64,000 nt of DNA, taken from NCBI GenBank assembly GCA_027622665.1, contig JAQBYT010000012.1, forward strand, positions 1 through 64,000, in the 5' to 3' direction. Of this stretch, positions 10,461 through 20,826 are shown one piece after another (the stretch's first letter is position 1; each line of letters begins with the position of its first letter). Both the position numbers and the translations under genes were made by a program. The notes beneath the pieces are model-generated. The model ran no database searches. It was not told where the DNA came from and saw only the letters and a list, made by a program, of their open reading frames with translations. Origin of the DNA: Verrucomicrobiota bacterium (GTDB lineage: Bacteria > Verrucomicrobiota > Verrucomicrobiia > Opitutales > Seribacteraceae).

Positions 10461-13400
10461 ATGCAAAACCTCATCATTTCTATAACCAAAAGGTTTAGCG
10501 ACCTTCTGGTTCTGTTTCAAAAAAAAACCGACAAAAAGACCCTTGTAGCTTGTATTATTCCATTCTTCATCGGGACATCGGCTTTCGGTGAAATAGACAA
10601 GGACGCCCTGCCAAACGTGGAAGACGAATTCGAGATCAATTTTTTCGTCAAGGAACCTCACATAATAAATCCATCATCCATATGCTTCGATAAGTTGGGG
10701 CGTCTTTACATTGGAGCCGGTCCACAATACCGCAATCCGAAGGAAGACTCCCCTACCGACTACATTAAGATCCTTATAGACGAGGATGGTGACGGTGTCG
10801 CAGAGACCGTTAAAACCTTCGCCGAGGGCTTCAATTGCGTGGAGGCAATGGCCTGGAAAGGCGACGAACTATGGGTTGCGAACGCACCCGAGTTGACGGT
10901 CGTTCGGGATACGGATGGAGACGACGTCGCCGACGAGTACCAAGTCATTTATACGGGGATGAACAACTTGCGGCACAGCGTTCACGGTCTCAACTGGGGT
11001 CCCGACGGTTGGCTCTATTTCAGCATAGGGAATACTTGGGTAAAGCCAAACGCCCCAAAGCCGATACGAGACCTGCAAGGAATAAAATCAGATGACACCA
11101 CCGAATACCCGCTGACAAAAGTCTACACCAAGGAAACTTATCCCAAGAGCTACCACCCGATGAACAAGAGCGAAAAAGAAGGAGGTATATTTCGTTGCCA
11201 GCCCGGAGGTTACGATCTCGAACTGTATGCTAGGGGGATGCGCAACCCATGGGACATCTGCATGGACAGCGGGTTCAACTGGTTGGGTACGGACAACGAT
11301 CCGGGCAGACCGGGGGAACGTATTTTCATGCCAATTCGCCATGGGCATTATTCAATGAAGCATCCATGGAAATTCGACTGGATGGGCAAGCACCCTGCAA
11401 TTGCTCCATCTTCCGATCTTTTTCCGGGAGTGAGCGGATCGGGGACGGGAGTCGTTTATTACAACTCGCAGCACTTTCCTGAAAAATATCGTAATCGCTA
11501 TTTGATCGCCGATTGGACCAACAATTGCATCTTTCTCTACAACCCAAAATGGGACGGAGCGTTACAGGTTCCTGCCGAAACCAAACGCAAAATAGTAGAT
11601 GGTGGAGTCACTCGAGCGGGAGACCTTGGCTACAAGGGCGCAAAGGGGCGCTCTCTGTTCCGACCAACCGATATCGATGTAGGTCCTGACGGCGCTCTTT
11701 ATATGGCAGGATGGGGTTCCGTTTACGGAACCAAGTACGTTCCAAAGGAAAAGTGGACGGCTGAGGAAAACGCAAAATACCAAGGCCGAGTTTTTCGTCT
11801 ACGACACAAGAATCCCCTCATACCTCGGAAAAAATGGGATACGGCCAAACGAAAGACACCAATCCGAAAATGGAGCTTCAATCAGCTAATGGAAGACATG
11901 GGGCATCAAGTGCAAGTGTGGCGCGTGAATGCTCAGGACGAATTCGTTAGGCGAGGTTCGAAGGCAAGTAGCGAATTACTGAAGGCCATTCGTTCCGGAA
12001 ATCTTTCAGAAAGCCAAGCAACTTGGTCTGTTTGGGCGGTCGGACGGATTGGTAAAGCAAACGGAACGGGACTTGGAGACATCAAAGAACTTGCCCGAGA
12101 AAGCTCAGTCTTGAATCTGCGGATCCAAGCAACTCGTATACTGGGAGAGAACCAAGCAACCGATTCCCGAGCGATTCTGGTTAGCTTGCTGGAAGATCCC
12201 GAACCCCGAATTCGCACTGCCGCCATGCAGTCTCTGGGAAAGGTCGGTTGGGGAGATTATGGAAATTCGATTCTGGAGGCAGTAGCCGACGAAAAAGACC
12301 GGGTGACCACATATGTCAACTGGCAGGTAATGCGTCGACAGTTACCCCAAGCTGAAAGAGGACAACTACTTGAAGATCCGCGAAACGGAATCCGGCTCAT
12401 GGCCGCTCTCAGCTTAATGGAGGAAGGAGATCGCAGCCTGCAAGGAAAGGTCGAGCAGTGGTTGAAGCATGCGAGTGAAGATTCCGCAATCGAAGGCCAA
12501 GTCACAATAACTGCGAATGAAACGAACTTTCGAAAATCCACAAAAGTGTTAATCAAGGGAAGTTTACCAAAAGAGAAATCGTTTGATCTTCGCTACACTC
12601 TAGACGGTTCCACCCCCAATGAAACATCTCCAAAAACAGCAGGAGAAATTTCAATATCCAAAGACTCCGATGTCAGAGTCTCCGCGTTCATAGGGAAAAA
12701 TTTGGTTTCCAACATAGCAAAACTTAGCGTGCATCGAATAACTGATTCGGAATGGCAGGATCGTCTATTTATTAGCAACATTCGAATGGGTGGGAAAGAG
12801 GCTGACTTGTATGCCACAAACGATGGCCTTCAGCGCGGCGTGCTTGCTTATGAAGATGATCGAGACACAACGATCACTGGTGTCCCGGATGAAATTTCCG
12901 GAGCGACCTTGATTCCCACTCGAAAAGCGAATCAATCAAGCGTGCAGAGTGATTTCTTGAGCTTCGAAACGAACCTTTCCTCCCTCGTCTACGTAGCATT
13001 CGACAACCAGTCCCCTATCCCGAAATGGTTGACCGGCGAATTCACCGAAACCGACCATATACTATCCACGAGCATTGGGAGAAAGTTGCGCGTATACGTA
13101 AGGGAAGCGAAAGCGGGCAAAGTCGTCTTGGGAGGGAATGAAAAGGGTAAAGTCATGTATCTAGTTTTTGCAAGCAAGGGCAGTACGGGGCAAACCACAA
13201 TTGCAGCGAGCAAGGAAAGGCTCAGTAAAGCCGATCTGAAGCATGGTGAAGAAATCTTCTTTGGTCGCGGAACCTGCTTTGCCTGTCACAAGGTGAATGG
13301 CCGAGGCGTTGTAGTCGGTCCCGAACTTGGCGGCATAAACAAGCGCCGCGACGTCCATTACGTAGTCGAGGCAATTCTCAACCCCGATTCCTACATCGTC

Positions 13401-14597
13401 GAAGGTTACCAGCAAACCAGTTTGGAGATGAAAGGCGGTCGAAAGCTTTTTGGAATGATTCAAGAAGAGACCGCGATTTCGATCAACCTCGTCCTGCTGA
13501 CCGGAGAACAGATAACCGTTCCTACGGAAGAAGTGAAAAATCGGTCGGATGCCAAAAAGTCGGGCATGCCGGCAAGCTTCGTTTACACCCTAAGCCCACA
13601 GGACGTTGCAGACGTCACGGCATGGATAATGACCCTGAAGGGATCCGGTGTAGAGAAAACCTCTCCGACTCAAAAAAAACTGAAAAAGAAGCAAGGGCTA
13701 ACCGTCAAACATTTGGAGGTATTGAAAGGCGATGAAGAAGACAAAGTAGTGGTTTACGTCGGCAATGAAGTGTTTACCGAGTATCGATACGGCAACCCGA
13801 GCAAACCTATCCTTTATCCGGTGATCGGTCCGTACGGGATTCCGATGACTCGCCATTATCCTATAAAGAAAGGCATCGTAGGTGAGGCAAATGACCACCA
13901 CCACCACCAGTCCATACATTACAATCACCCTATAAGCGGAGTCGATTTCTGGCATAGTCGCGGTGGAGCGCGGATTCGCAACGACGAGATCGTCAAAGCC
14001 GAGAAACTTGGCGACCAAGGCTTGATCGTGAGCCGAAACAGTTGGGTGATTGGAGAGAAACGAATCTGTTCGGACACTACGGAAATCTTATGTGGACTGA
14101 CCAAGGGCGGCCGCTTTATCGACTACAAGGTTTCCATTCATGCAACGGATCAGGACATCACTTTCGAGGACAGCAAGGAGGGTGCGATGTCCATTCGCAC
14201 CCACCCTGCATTGCGACTTACGGGAAAAGTAGCTAAGGGTTCGGCGATCAACAGCGAAGGCGTAACAGGCAAGGCAGTCTGGGGGAAACCCGCGAAATGG
14301 GTTGATTATTGGGGGCCCATCGACGGAAAGGAAGTGGGTATAGCCATCTTCGACCATCCTAAAAACCCTAGACATCCGACTACCTGGCATGCTCGTGATT
14401 ATGGACTCATTGCCGCCAATCCTTTCGGAAAAAGATATTTCAACGCAGGTGACGGAGCCTTGAATCTAAGGAAAGGCGAAACCGTCACCTTTGCCTATCG
14501 TTTCTTCTTTCATGAAAATTCGCACGAGAAGATAGACCTTCCGGAACACTATAAGAAATGGGGAGATTCATATCAGCAAAAAGCGAATTTCAAGTAA
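10461..14597 (+). CDS. PVC-type heme-binding CxxCH multidomain protein: dehydrogenase-like beta-propeller + HEAT + Fn3-associated + beta-sandwich + cytochrome c + DUF6807 (PF14100)
   Basis: DEDGDGVA/DTDGDDVAD, HGLNWGPDGWLY, GMRNPW, FRPTDIDVGPDGALY (propeller); LLEDPEPRIR (HEAT); LRYTLDGSTP; CFACH...GPEL...SGMP; KPILYPV...WVDYWG...WHARDYGLIAANPFG. Confidence 0.8.
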   Translation: MQNLIISITKRFSDLLVLFQKKTDKKTLVACIIPFFIGTSAFGEIDKDALPNVEDEFEINFFVKEPHIINPSSICFDKLGRLYIGAGPQYRNPKEDSPTDYIKILIDEDGDGVAETVKTFAEGFNCVEAMAWKGDELWVANAPELTVVRDTDGDDVADEYQVIYTGMNNLRHSVHGLNWGPDGWLYFSIGNTWVKPNAPKPIRDLQGIKSDDTTEYPLTKVYTKETYPKSYHPMNKSEKEGGIFRCQPGGYDLELYARGMRNPWDICMDSGFNWLGTDNDPGRPGERIFMPIRHGHYSMKHPWKFDWMGKHPAIAPSSDLFPGVSGSGTGVVYYNSQHFPEKYRNRYLIADWTNNCIFLYNPKWDGALQVPAETKRKIVDGGVTRAGDLGYKGAKGRSLFRPTDIDVGPDGALYMAGWGSVYGTKYVPKEKWTAEENAKYQGRVFRLRHKNPLIPRKKWDTAKRKTPIRKWSFNQLMEDMGHQVQVWRVNAQDEFVRRGSKASSELLKAIRSGNLSESQATWSVWAVGRIGKANGTGLGDIKELARESSVLNLRIQATRILGENQATDSRAILVSLLEDPEPRIRTAAMQSLGKVGWGDYGNSILEAVADEKDRVTTYVNWQVMRRQLPQAERGQLLEDPRNGIRLMAALSLMEEGDRSLQGKVEQWLKHASEDSAIEGQVTITANETNFRKSTKVLIKGSLPKEKSFDLRYTLDGSTPNETSPKTAGEISISKDSDVRVSAFIGKNLVSNIAKLSVHRITDSEWQDRLFISNIRMGGKEADLYATNDGLQRGVLAYEDDRDTTITGVPDEISGATLIPTRKANQSSVQSDFLSFETNLSSLVYVAFDNQSPIPKWLTGEFTETDHILSTSIGRKLRVYVREAKAGKVVLGGNEKGKVMYLVFASKGSTGQTTIAASKERLSKADLKHGEEIFFGRGTCFACHKVNGRGVVVGPELGGINKRRDVHYVVEAILNPDSYIVEGYQQTSLEMKGGRKLFGMIQEETAISINLVLLTGEQITVPTEEVKNRSDAKKSGMPASFVYTLSPQDVADVTAWIMTLKGSGVEKTSPTQKKLKKKQGLTVKHLEVLKGDEEDKVVVYVGNEVFTEYRYGNPSKPILYPVIGPYGIPMTRHYPIKKGIVGEANDHHHHQSIHYNHPISGVDFWHSRGGARIRNDEIVKAEKLGDQGLIVSRNSWVIGEKRICSDTTEILCGLTKGGRFIDYKVSIHATDQDITFEDSKEGAMSIRTHPALRLTGKVAKGSAINSEGVTGKAVWGKPAKWVDYWGPIDGKEVGIAIFDHPKNPRHPTTWHARDYGLIAANPFGKRYFNAGDGALNLRKGETVTFAYRFFFHENSHEKIDLPEHYKKWGDSYQQKANFK

Positions 14598-14619
14598 TGA
14601 AAGCTTAAGGGGAAATACT

Positions 14620-14982
14620 ATGATCAAGGAAAAAGCAGGACTTCTAGTTCGCCATGAAGCGGATGCCAAAAAAGAAAAAAGTACATGCGGCTGGCGATAC
14701 AGGCTAGTGAGCGAAGGGGACGAAAACGTCAAAGCGTGGGCCCATACCGTCGATATCGACGGAAGCAAGGCCCATTACCACAAGATCGGTACGGAACTGT
14801 ACTATGTTGTCGAAGGCGAAGGCACACTCTTTCTAGACGGCGAAGCGCATCCAATAAAAAAGGGTTCCTTCGCGCATATTCCCCCGGGTGTTGTTCACAG
14901 TTCGGAAGGCCGCATGAAAGTTCTGGTCGTCGGTGTACCGGATATAGACGACGAAGATTTGTACTTTCCCGAGGAAGCGTAA
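14620..14982 (+). CDS. Cupin domain protein
   Basis: HYHKIGTELYYVVEGEG and IPPGVVH cupin motifs; GGGG RBS-like stretch upstream. Confidence 0.85.
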   Translation: MIKEKAGLLVRHEADAKKEKSTCGWRYRLVSEGDENVKAWAHTVDIDGSKAHYHKIGTELYYVVEGEGTLFLDGEAHPIKKGSFAHIPPGVVHSSEGRMKVLVVGVPDIDDEDLYFPEEA

Positions 14983-15022
14983 ACTCTGATCAGGCTTTCC
15001 GGACGAAGGCCTGTAAGTGAGG

Positions 15023-16624
15023 TTAGCGACCCGGGATCGGACCCGCCATCGGGGGAGTCTCGAAGAACTTTCCGTCGTCGACCAAGCGTGGATCGTTGGT
15101 TTCGCGCAAGTAGTTCATCAAGCGGGTCCGCAGCTTCTTCACGGTCTCGGCGTAAGCGGGATCACTTGCAACGTTCTTCATTTGGTCGGGATCCTTTTTC
15201 ACGTCGTAGAGTTCTTCTCGTGGTCGCTTGCCGTAAGCATGATCGAAGAAAGGCTTCACCTTGGGATCCTTGCGGTTGGTCACGATCCATGCCTTGGTCG
15301 GACCCGCATCCTCATCAGCCAAGGTAACGAAAGTCTGGCTTTCCAAGAGAGCATAGCCTGGTTCCTTGGGAGTATCCAGCAGGTACGGATTTCCGAGGGG
15401 CCATCGATCGGGCCGGAAGTTTATCACGAACTGGAAGTCCTTGGTTCGAATGGCTCGTTGCGGATAAGGCAAGTAACCGGGACGGGAAGTGTACACATGC
15501 CTTTCCCGTCCGGTGAAAACGGCATCGCGGGAAGAATCCACCCAACCTTCTTTCTTCGACTTCAATACCTTCCACAAACTGCGGGCGGACATCCCCTTGG
15601 GCACATCGACTTTGCCCGCCTCGAGAAAGGTGGGGGCCAAGTCGGGCAAGCCGACGAAATCATGTACCACGCGTCCGTCCTTCACTCCCGGGCCGGCAAT
15701 TGCCAAACAAACCCGGGTACCGAAATCGTAGAGATTGCATTTTCCATGCGGAAAGCCCGGAGCTCCATGATCCCCGCTCACCACGATGATCGTATTGTCG
15801 TACTCTCCCGCTTTCTTCAACTCCTCGATCAGGATCCCAAGACCCGTATCAAAGGCAGCGATCTCCCCGAGGTAATCGGCCAAATCCTCGCGAACATCGT
15901 GAACATCGGGCAAAAAGGCGGGCATCTTTCCCTTTAAATCATCGGGGTCGATACCCCAGAGTTTCTTTCCCGAGCCTTTGATCCACTTGCGGTGAACGTT
16001 GGTAGGACCAAACCAGTAGGCGAAAGGCTGCTCTTTCTTTCGACCCGACAAGAAGGATTTGAAATTCCCACGGGCTTCCCGATACAGTTCCTCCTTGGCA
16101 TCTTTTACGACTACACCCTTTGATGCCCGACCGGAAACATATTGCGAAAAGCCATTGAATTTCGAGCCTGATTTCCCATAGCGGGTTGCATTCCCTCCGA
16201 TGCCGGCGTTGCGGGGAGTGCCGGGAGACCATACCTTGTAGGTATAACCGATATGGTATCCCGAGTCCTTCAGCAACAACGGCCAAGTCGGGATCTTCTC
16301 GTCCCAGACGGCACCCTGTAGAATGGCTCCCCTGCCCGTCTCCCAAAAGTTGCGCCCCGAAAGAATGGCGCTCCGGCAAGGCGTACAGGAAGGCGCATTA
16401 ACCGAGGCGTTGGTGAAAAGCACCCCGCTCCTCGCCAGTTTGTCGAAATGAGGAGTCTTGGCCAGATCGTTAATCCCCCCCGCACCCTCAATCTCGGCAT
16501 AAATACGGGCCTGCCTTCCCCAGTCGTCGGCAAAAGCGAAAAGAATATTCGGAGTTTTTACCTGATCACCACAAAGAGGTTTCAGGGCAAAGATAAAAAA
16601 AACAGTAAAGATTCGATTGAGCAT
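15023..16624 (-). CDS. Sulfatase (formylglycine-dependent S1 family, N-sulfoglucosamine sulfohydrolase-like), intact
   Basis: Signal peptide; [24 protein letters not shown] (CxPxR); [22 protein letters not shown]. Start could be 16648. Confidence 0.88.
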   Translation of the reverse strand: MLNRIFTVFFIFALKPLCGDQVKTPNILFAFADDWGRQARIYAEIEGAGGINDLAKTPHFDKLARSGVLFTNASVNAPSCTPCRSAILSGRNFWETGRGAILQGAVWDEKIPTWPLLLKDSGYHIGYTYKVWSPGTPRNAGIGGNATRYGKSGSKFNGFSQYVSGRASKGVVVKDAKEELYREARGNFKSFLSGRKKEQPFAYWFGPTNVHRKWIKGSGKKLWGIDPDDLKGKMPAFLPDVHDVREDLADYLGEIAAFDTGLGILIEELKKAGEYDNTIIVVSGDHGAPGFPHGKCNLYDFGTRVCLAIAGPGVKDGRVVHDFVGLPDLAPTFLEAGKVDVPKGMSARSLWKVLKSKKEGWVDSSRDAVFTGRERHVYTSRPGYLPYPQRAIRTKDFQFVINFRPDRWPLGNPYLLDTPKEPGYALLESQTFVTLADEDAGPTKAWIVTNRKDPKVKPFFDHAYGKRPREELYDVKKDPDQMKNVASDPAYAETVKKLRTRLMNYLRETNDPRLVDDGKFFETPPMAGPIPGR

Positions 16625-16720
16625 AAGGGTTTTAGAGTGAAGGAGCAAAAGCCAACGAATTCAAGGTAATCAATTGGCGTGTTCTTGTTTGGTCGTACAA
16701 AGGTTCAGATGAAGCATTAC

Positions 16721-17761
16721 TCAGACCCCGACTGAATTCTGGTAGGAATTCAGCTCGACTTCATGGGTGTCGGCCACGTTCACCCACACGTGAATGTGCG
16801 GGGCGCCACGAAAATACCAGACGAATGAGGGGCCTTCAAGTCGCCAGTTGTCGTAGATGCCATCATCCCCAAGGTCGCCCTCCTTGTAGAAGGCCAGGTT
16901 GCAGGCATCCAATCCGCCCTGGGACTGGAGACAGCGTACAACCTCGTCCTGATCCGACTTGCGAAAGGGATCGAGCAGGAGCTTGAGAACGGATTGCAGG
17001 TGCGTTTTCTGGTCGGCGGAAAAACCCTCGACACCGATGCCATGAAATTTACCCTTGGGCCCACGAAAACCGACCATTTCCTCCGAGGGCATGCCCTTGA
17101 GCATGAGCGCCTTGTCCCGCTGCTTTCCATCAAACATGTCATAGAGCTTGTTGGCAGCCAGGGCCTGATGCCAGAAAACGTTGTTGGGGTGATGCGCCTG
17201 CTCGTAGACCCTTTCCCCTTCATGGGCATATAGGATGGGACCGCCGAAGGCCACATGCTCGGCGCTGTTGCCGTCACAGCGCAGGGTCATGTGCCGGCTG
17301 GCGAGGACAAATTCAAACTGGTTGGTGCCGGGTTTGCCGAAGATGGCGATGGACTGCCGTTTCCCGAAGCCGCCGACGTCATCTTTCAATTGCTGGTCCC
17401 AGCCCTTGTGCCAGTCCGGATTGGTCATCCCAAGGAAGATTTCACGGATCAGGGCCTTTTGGTCGACCGTGTAGAATTTGCTGTCAATGGTGGGGTTGGT
17501 AATTTTCCAGTTGTTCTCGAGGCGTATCCGCAGAAGCCCACGTTTCTTGTCCATGTGATTCCAGTCGAAGCAAATGACCTTCCGTTGCTTTTCATCCAGT
17601 GAATCGTAAAGTATCTTGACCAATGTTTCCGGTGTCTTTAGCGGTTTCGCGGCGACTACGGGAAGCGCCATGCCAGAGGTGGCTAGGGCAGTGCCGCCGA
17701 ACTTGAGGAATTCACGACGTGGCAGGGATTTAATAAATGCATTACCGAATGGCTCACTCAT
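16721..17761 (-). CDS. DUF3500-like protein, Tat signal
   Basis: PRREFLK signal; IAIFGKPG...FEF...RHMT; FGGP; WRLEGPSFVWYF...PHIH; internal two-fold repeat LYDSLDEKQR / LYDMFDGKQR. Confidence 0.65.
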   Translation of the reverse strand: MSEPFGNAFIKSLPRREFLKFGGTALATSGMALPVVAAKPLKTPETLVKILYDSLDEKQRKVICFDWNHMDKKRGLLRIRLENNWKITNPTIDSKFYTVDQKALIREIFLGMTNPDWHKGWDQQLKDDVGGFGKRQSIAIFGKPGTNQFEFVLASRHMTLRCDGNSAEHVAFGGPILYAHEGERVYEQAHHPNNVFWHQALAANKLYDMFDGKQRDKALMLKGMPSEEMVGFRGPKGKFHGIGVEGFSADQKTHLQSVLKLLLDPFRKSDQDEVVRCLQSQGGLDACNLAFYKEGDLGDDGIYDNWRLEGPSFVWYFRGAPHIHVWVNVADTHEVELNSYQNSVGV

Positions 17762-18045
17762 AACTCATTGTATTGAAGATGTCTATGGGATCGGGATATG
17801 AATGTTACAGCACGGTAGAATCCAGATGACTACAATTAAATTTAACTGAACCATTCTACCAATTATTTAAATGCTTACCTCTTTCAGTCCAAGCATGTGC
17901 ATTCATGGATTGAGTTCGGTATTTTCCGGGCCAACGAACATCAAAATTAGTGCAGTTGCGCGAGAGTAAGGAGAGAGCTTGATCCACGACTTTTCTCTGT
18001 TAAGCGGAAACAAACATTCCAATTCTAGACAAATCAAGTAAAGTA

Positions 18046-19671
18046 ATGCCCATAATGTTACGCCTTACCGAAATTAAACTATCGCTTGATCATTGCAAAG
18101 ACGATTTGCGTACCGCTATCGTTGAGCGACTCGGTATCGCGTCGGAAGATTTGCTGAGCTATACTATTTTTAGACGCGCGATAGATGCGCGAAAGCGCTC
18201 AGCCATCCACCTTATCTACACACTGGATGTGGAAGTAGCCGACGAATCATATGTTTTGGATAAGGGAAAAAAACGGAATCAAAACAGAAATTTATCCAAG
18301 ACTCCCGATACCGGTTATCATTTTGTAGCACATGCCCCCAAGGGGCTGAACCAACGACCAGTGGTAATCGGCACAGGGCCCTGCGGCTTGTTTTCCGGTT
18401 TGCTCCTGGCTCAAATGGGCTTCAATCCGATTATTTTGGAGCGCGGTAAAATCGTTCGCGAACGTACTCAGGACACTTGGGCTCTTTGGCGCAAATCAAT
18501 ATTGAATTCAGAATCGAATGTGCAGTTCGGAGAGGGTGGAGCCGGCACCTTTTCCGATGGCAAGCTGTACAGCCAAATCAAGGACCCCCGTTTCATCGCC
18601 CGCAAGGTGTTAATTGAATTTGTAAAAGCGGGCGCCCCCGAAGAGATTTTATATTTGGCCAAGCCACATATTGGTACGTTCCGGCTAGTGGGTATTGTGG
18701 AAAAGATGCGCGGAACCATTGAGTCACTTGGCGGCGAATTTCGCTTTCAAAACAAGGTCACTGATCTACTTGTTGAAAATGGACAAGTGCGGGGCGTAAC
18801 GCTCACCGGTGGTGAAATGCTAGACACCGATCATGTGGTACTCGCTGTTGGGCACAGTGCCCGCGACACCTTTAGGATGCTGCATCAACGAGGTGTTTAC
18901 ATTGAAGCAAAACCGTTTTCAATCGGCTTTCGAATAGAGCATCCCCAATCATTGATCGACCGCGTACGATTTGGCCAATTTGCAGGAAACAAGCTGATGG
19001 GCGCTGCCGATTACAAACTGGTGCACCACTGCAAAAACGGCCGTTCGGTGTACAGCTTTTGCATGTGTCCCGGTGGTACGGTGGTAGCAGCTACATCCGA
19101 GGAAGGACATGTGGTCACCAACGGAATGAGCCAGTATTCCCGCAACGAGCAAAATGCGAACGCCGGCATCGTTGTGGGCATTACCCCCGAGGCAGACTAT
19201 CCAGGCAATGCGCTGGCGGGCATTGACTTTCAGCGCCATTGGGAAGTGATGGCTTTCGATGCAGGAGGACGCAACTACAACGCGCCAGCGCAAAGGGTCG
19301 GCGATTTCCTTGCGGGCCGGCCTTCGACAGCGTTGGGGAAAGTGGTGCCCTCTTACAAGCCGGGCGTGACCATGACGGACCTGAGCAACTGCGCTCCGGA
19401 CTACGCGATTGAAGCCATACGCGAGGCGATCCCGGCTTTCGACCGGAAGATCAATGGATTCGCCATGGACGATGCCGTACTCACCGGCGTGGAAACGCGT
19501 ACTTCATCGCCAATAAGGATCAAACGGAATGCCGCGTATGAAAGTATGAATACGAGTGGGCTTTATCCGGCTGGGGAGGGAGCCGGTTACGCAGGCGGAA
19601 TCCTATCGGCCGCGGTGGACGGTATTGAGGTGGCGGAAGCCGTAGCTTTAAGTATGCTAAAAAGCAGTTGA
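18046..19671 (+). CDS. Uncharacterised FAD-dependent oxidoreductase (COG2509-type)
   Basis: VVIGTGPCG; SNVQFGEGGAGTFSDGKL; KPHIGT; FCMCPGG; ETRTSSP; GEGAGYAGGILSAAVDG. Confidence 0.88.
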   Translation: MPIMLRLTEIKLSLDHCKDDLRTAIVERLGIASEDLLSYTIFRRAIDARKRSAIHLIYTLDVEVADESYVLDKGKKRNQNRNLSKTPDTGYHFVAHAPKGLNQRPVVIGTGPCGLFSGLLLAQMGFNPIILERGKIVRERTQDTWALWRKSILNSESNVQFGEGGAGTFSDGKLYSQIKDPRFIARKVLIEFVKAGAPEEILYLAKPHIGTFRLVGIVEKMRGTIESLGGEFRFQNKVTDLLVENGQVRGVTLTGGEMLDTDHVVLAVGHSARDTFRMLHQRGVYIEAKPFSIGFRIEHPQSLIDRVRFGQFAGNKLMGAADYKLVHHCKNGRSVYSFCMCPGGTVVAATSEEGHVVTNGMSQYSRNEQNANAGIVVGITPEADYPGNALAGIDFQRHWEVMAFDAGGRNYNAPAQRVGDFLAGRPSTALGKVVPSYKPGVTMTDLSNCAPDYAIEAIREAIPAFDRKINGFAMDDAVLTGVETRTSSPIRIKRNAAYESMNTSGLYPAGEGAGYAGGILSAAVDGIEVAEAVALSMLKSS

Positions 19672-19816
19672 ACACATCCACGAAGGATTTGAACAAACTT
19701 GCAAGCAGAAGAAATATTCAAATAAAGATCATGAAGCCTATCGGATAGTCGGGTAAGTACGAGGATAACGGAAACGAACTACACTTTGGTGCAAGTTAAC
19801 TGGTTCGGCACTCGCA

Positions 19817-20701
19817 TCACTTTCGCGACTTCATGCGCTTGTCCTCCTTGAAACGAAAAGCCTTCTTGCCGGTAATATCCGTACTGTTAAATGACGGGCA
19901 CCAGAACTTCTCAATATGCTCTATCACGAGATCGGTACCAGTGAAATGATCGACACCCGGAGGTCGCTCCGGGTTGTACATCGTATCGGTCATGTCGCGC
20001 ATTAAGGCCACGTTTTTGCCAACCTTGACCATCTGGCGAATCGCGAATGGTCGACCCAGCACGCACATGTTTAGGTGCACGCCACAGAGGATGACATTGT
20101 CAATTTCCCGGTCCGCGAGCAAGTTGTAGGTCTCTTGACCGTTATCGGTTACAGCATCGCCCTCTGCTATATCGATGAGTTCATTCTGGCGTTGCCATGC
20201 CTCGCGGATATCACACTTCTCACCTTTGCAGCTACAACCCATGTCGGAGTCATCGATGGGAAGGACACCTTCGCGTTTGCCATCCGTCCAGCACCAGGCA
20301 GTGCCCCAACGCGGAGATGTTGAAAGCTTGATCGGGGCTTTCGCAAATGGAGCTTTTTGAGCGAGATTGCGCTGCGAAGTATCCTTGTAGAAGTCGATCA
20401 CACTGCTCGGAGCATGGATGATGAAAATGCCCTTGGCTCGAGCGATTTTGATCGTGTCGTTCAATACTGGTGCCATCTCTCCGACACGGCGTGAGGCCGA
20501 TTTGCACCAGTGATCGTCCCACATGTCGCAAATAATAAGCGCGGTTTTTTTCGAATCCCACATCACCCGTTCGGTGTTCACCTTGGTATCAGCAGCGTCT
20601 TTACTCTGGGAGCGAAGGTTGAGCTTGAGGTTCTCTGCCCAAATTGAAGTCGTCATGGCGATCAGAACGCTCGCCAGAATAGTTATTTTTAAAGTTTTCA
20701 T
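19817..20701 (-). CDS. Exported isochorismatase/cysteine-hydrolase family protein
   Basis: Signal peptide; KTALIICDMWD; IIHAPS; ILCGVHLNMCVLGRPF; RDMTD. Confidence 0.75.
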   Translation of the reverse strand: MKTLKITILASVLIAMTTSIWAENLKLNLRSQSKDAADTKVNTERVMWDSKKTALIICDMWDDHWCKSASRRVGEMAPVLNDTIKIARAKGIFIIHAPSSVIDFYKDTSQRNLAQKAPFAKAPIKLSTSPRWGTAWCWTDGKREGVLPIDDSDMGCSCKGEKCDIREAWQRQNELIDIAEGDAVTDNGQETYNLLADREIDNVILCGVHLNMCVLGRPFAIRQMVKVGKNVALMRDMTDTMYNPERPPGVDHFTGTDLVIEHIEKFWCPSFNSTDITGKKAFRFKEDKRMKSRK

Positions 20702-20826
20702 ATATTTAAGTTAACGGTCGATCTACCAACTTTCAAGAATCATAGGAGCTTCTCGCAAATCATTCCAGAACGTTCGTTGCCCCTTGGAGCACTCCACCGC
20801 TTCCGCTTTCATTCCGATTCAAGCTT

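Noticed and set aside
13730..14597. Domain historically labelled 'methane oxygenase PmoA' (PF14100)
   Set aside because: It is a soluble beta-rich domain with no TM helices and no pmoCAB context, so it is not evidence of methanotrophy.
15017..15937. 306-aa plus-strand ORF, and similar 200-275-aa ORFs at 23673, 25465, 30580, 39633 and 62193
   Set aside because: They are antisense shadows of well-supported genes and contain no motifs.
20723..20812. Possible gene remnant on the minus strand (GGVLQGQRTFWNDLREAPMILESW*)
   Set aside because: It looks protein-like but is too short to assign to a family by eye.
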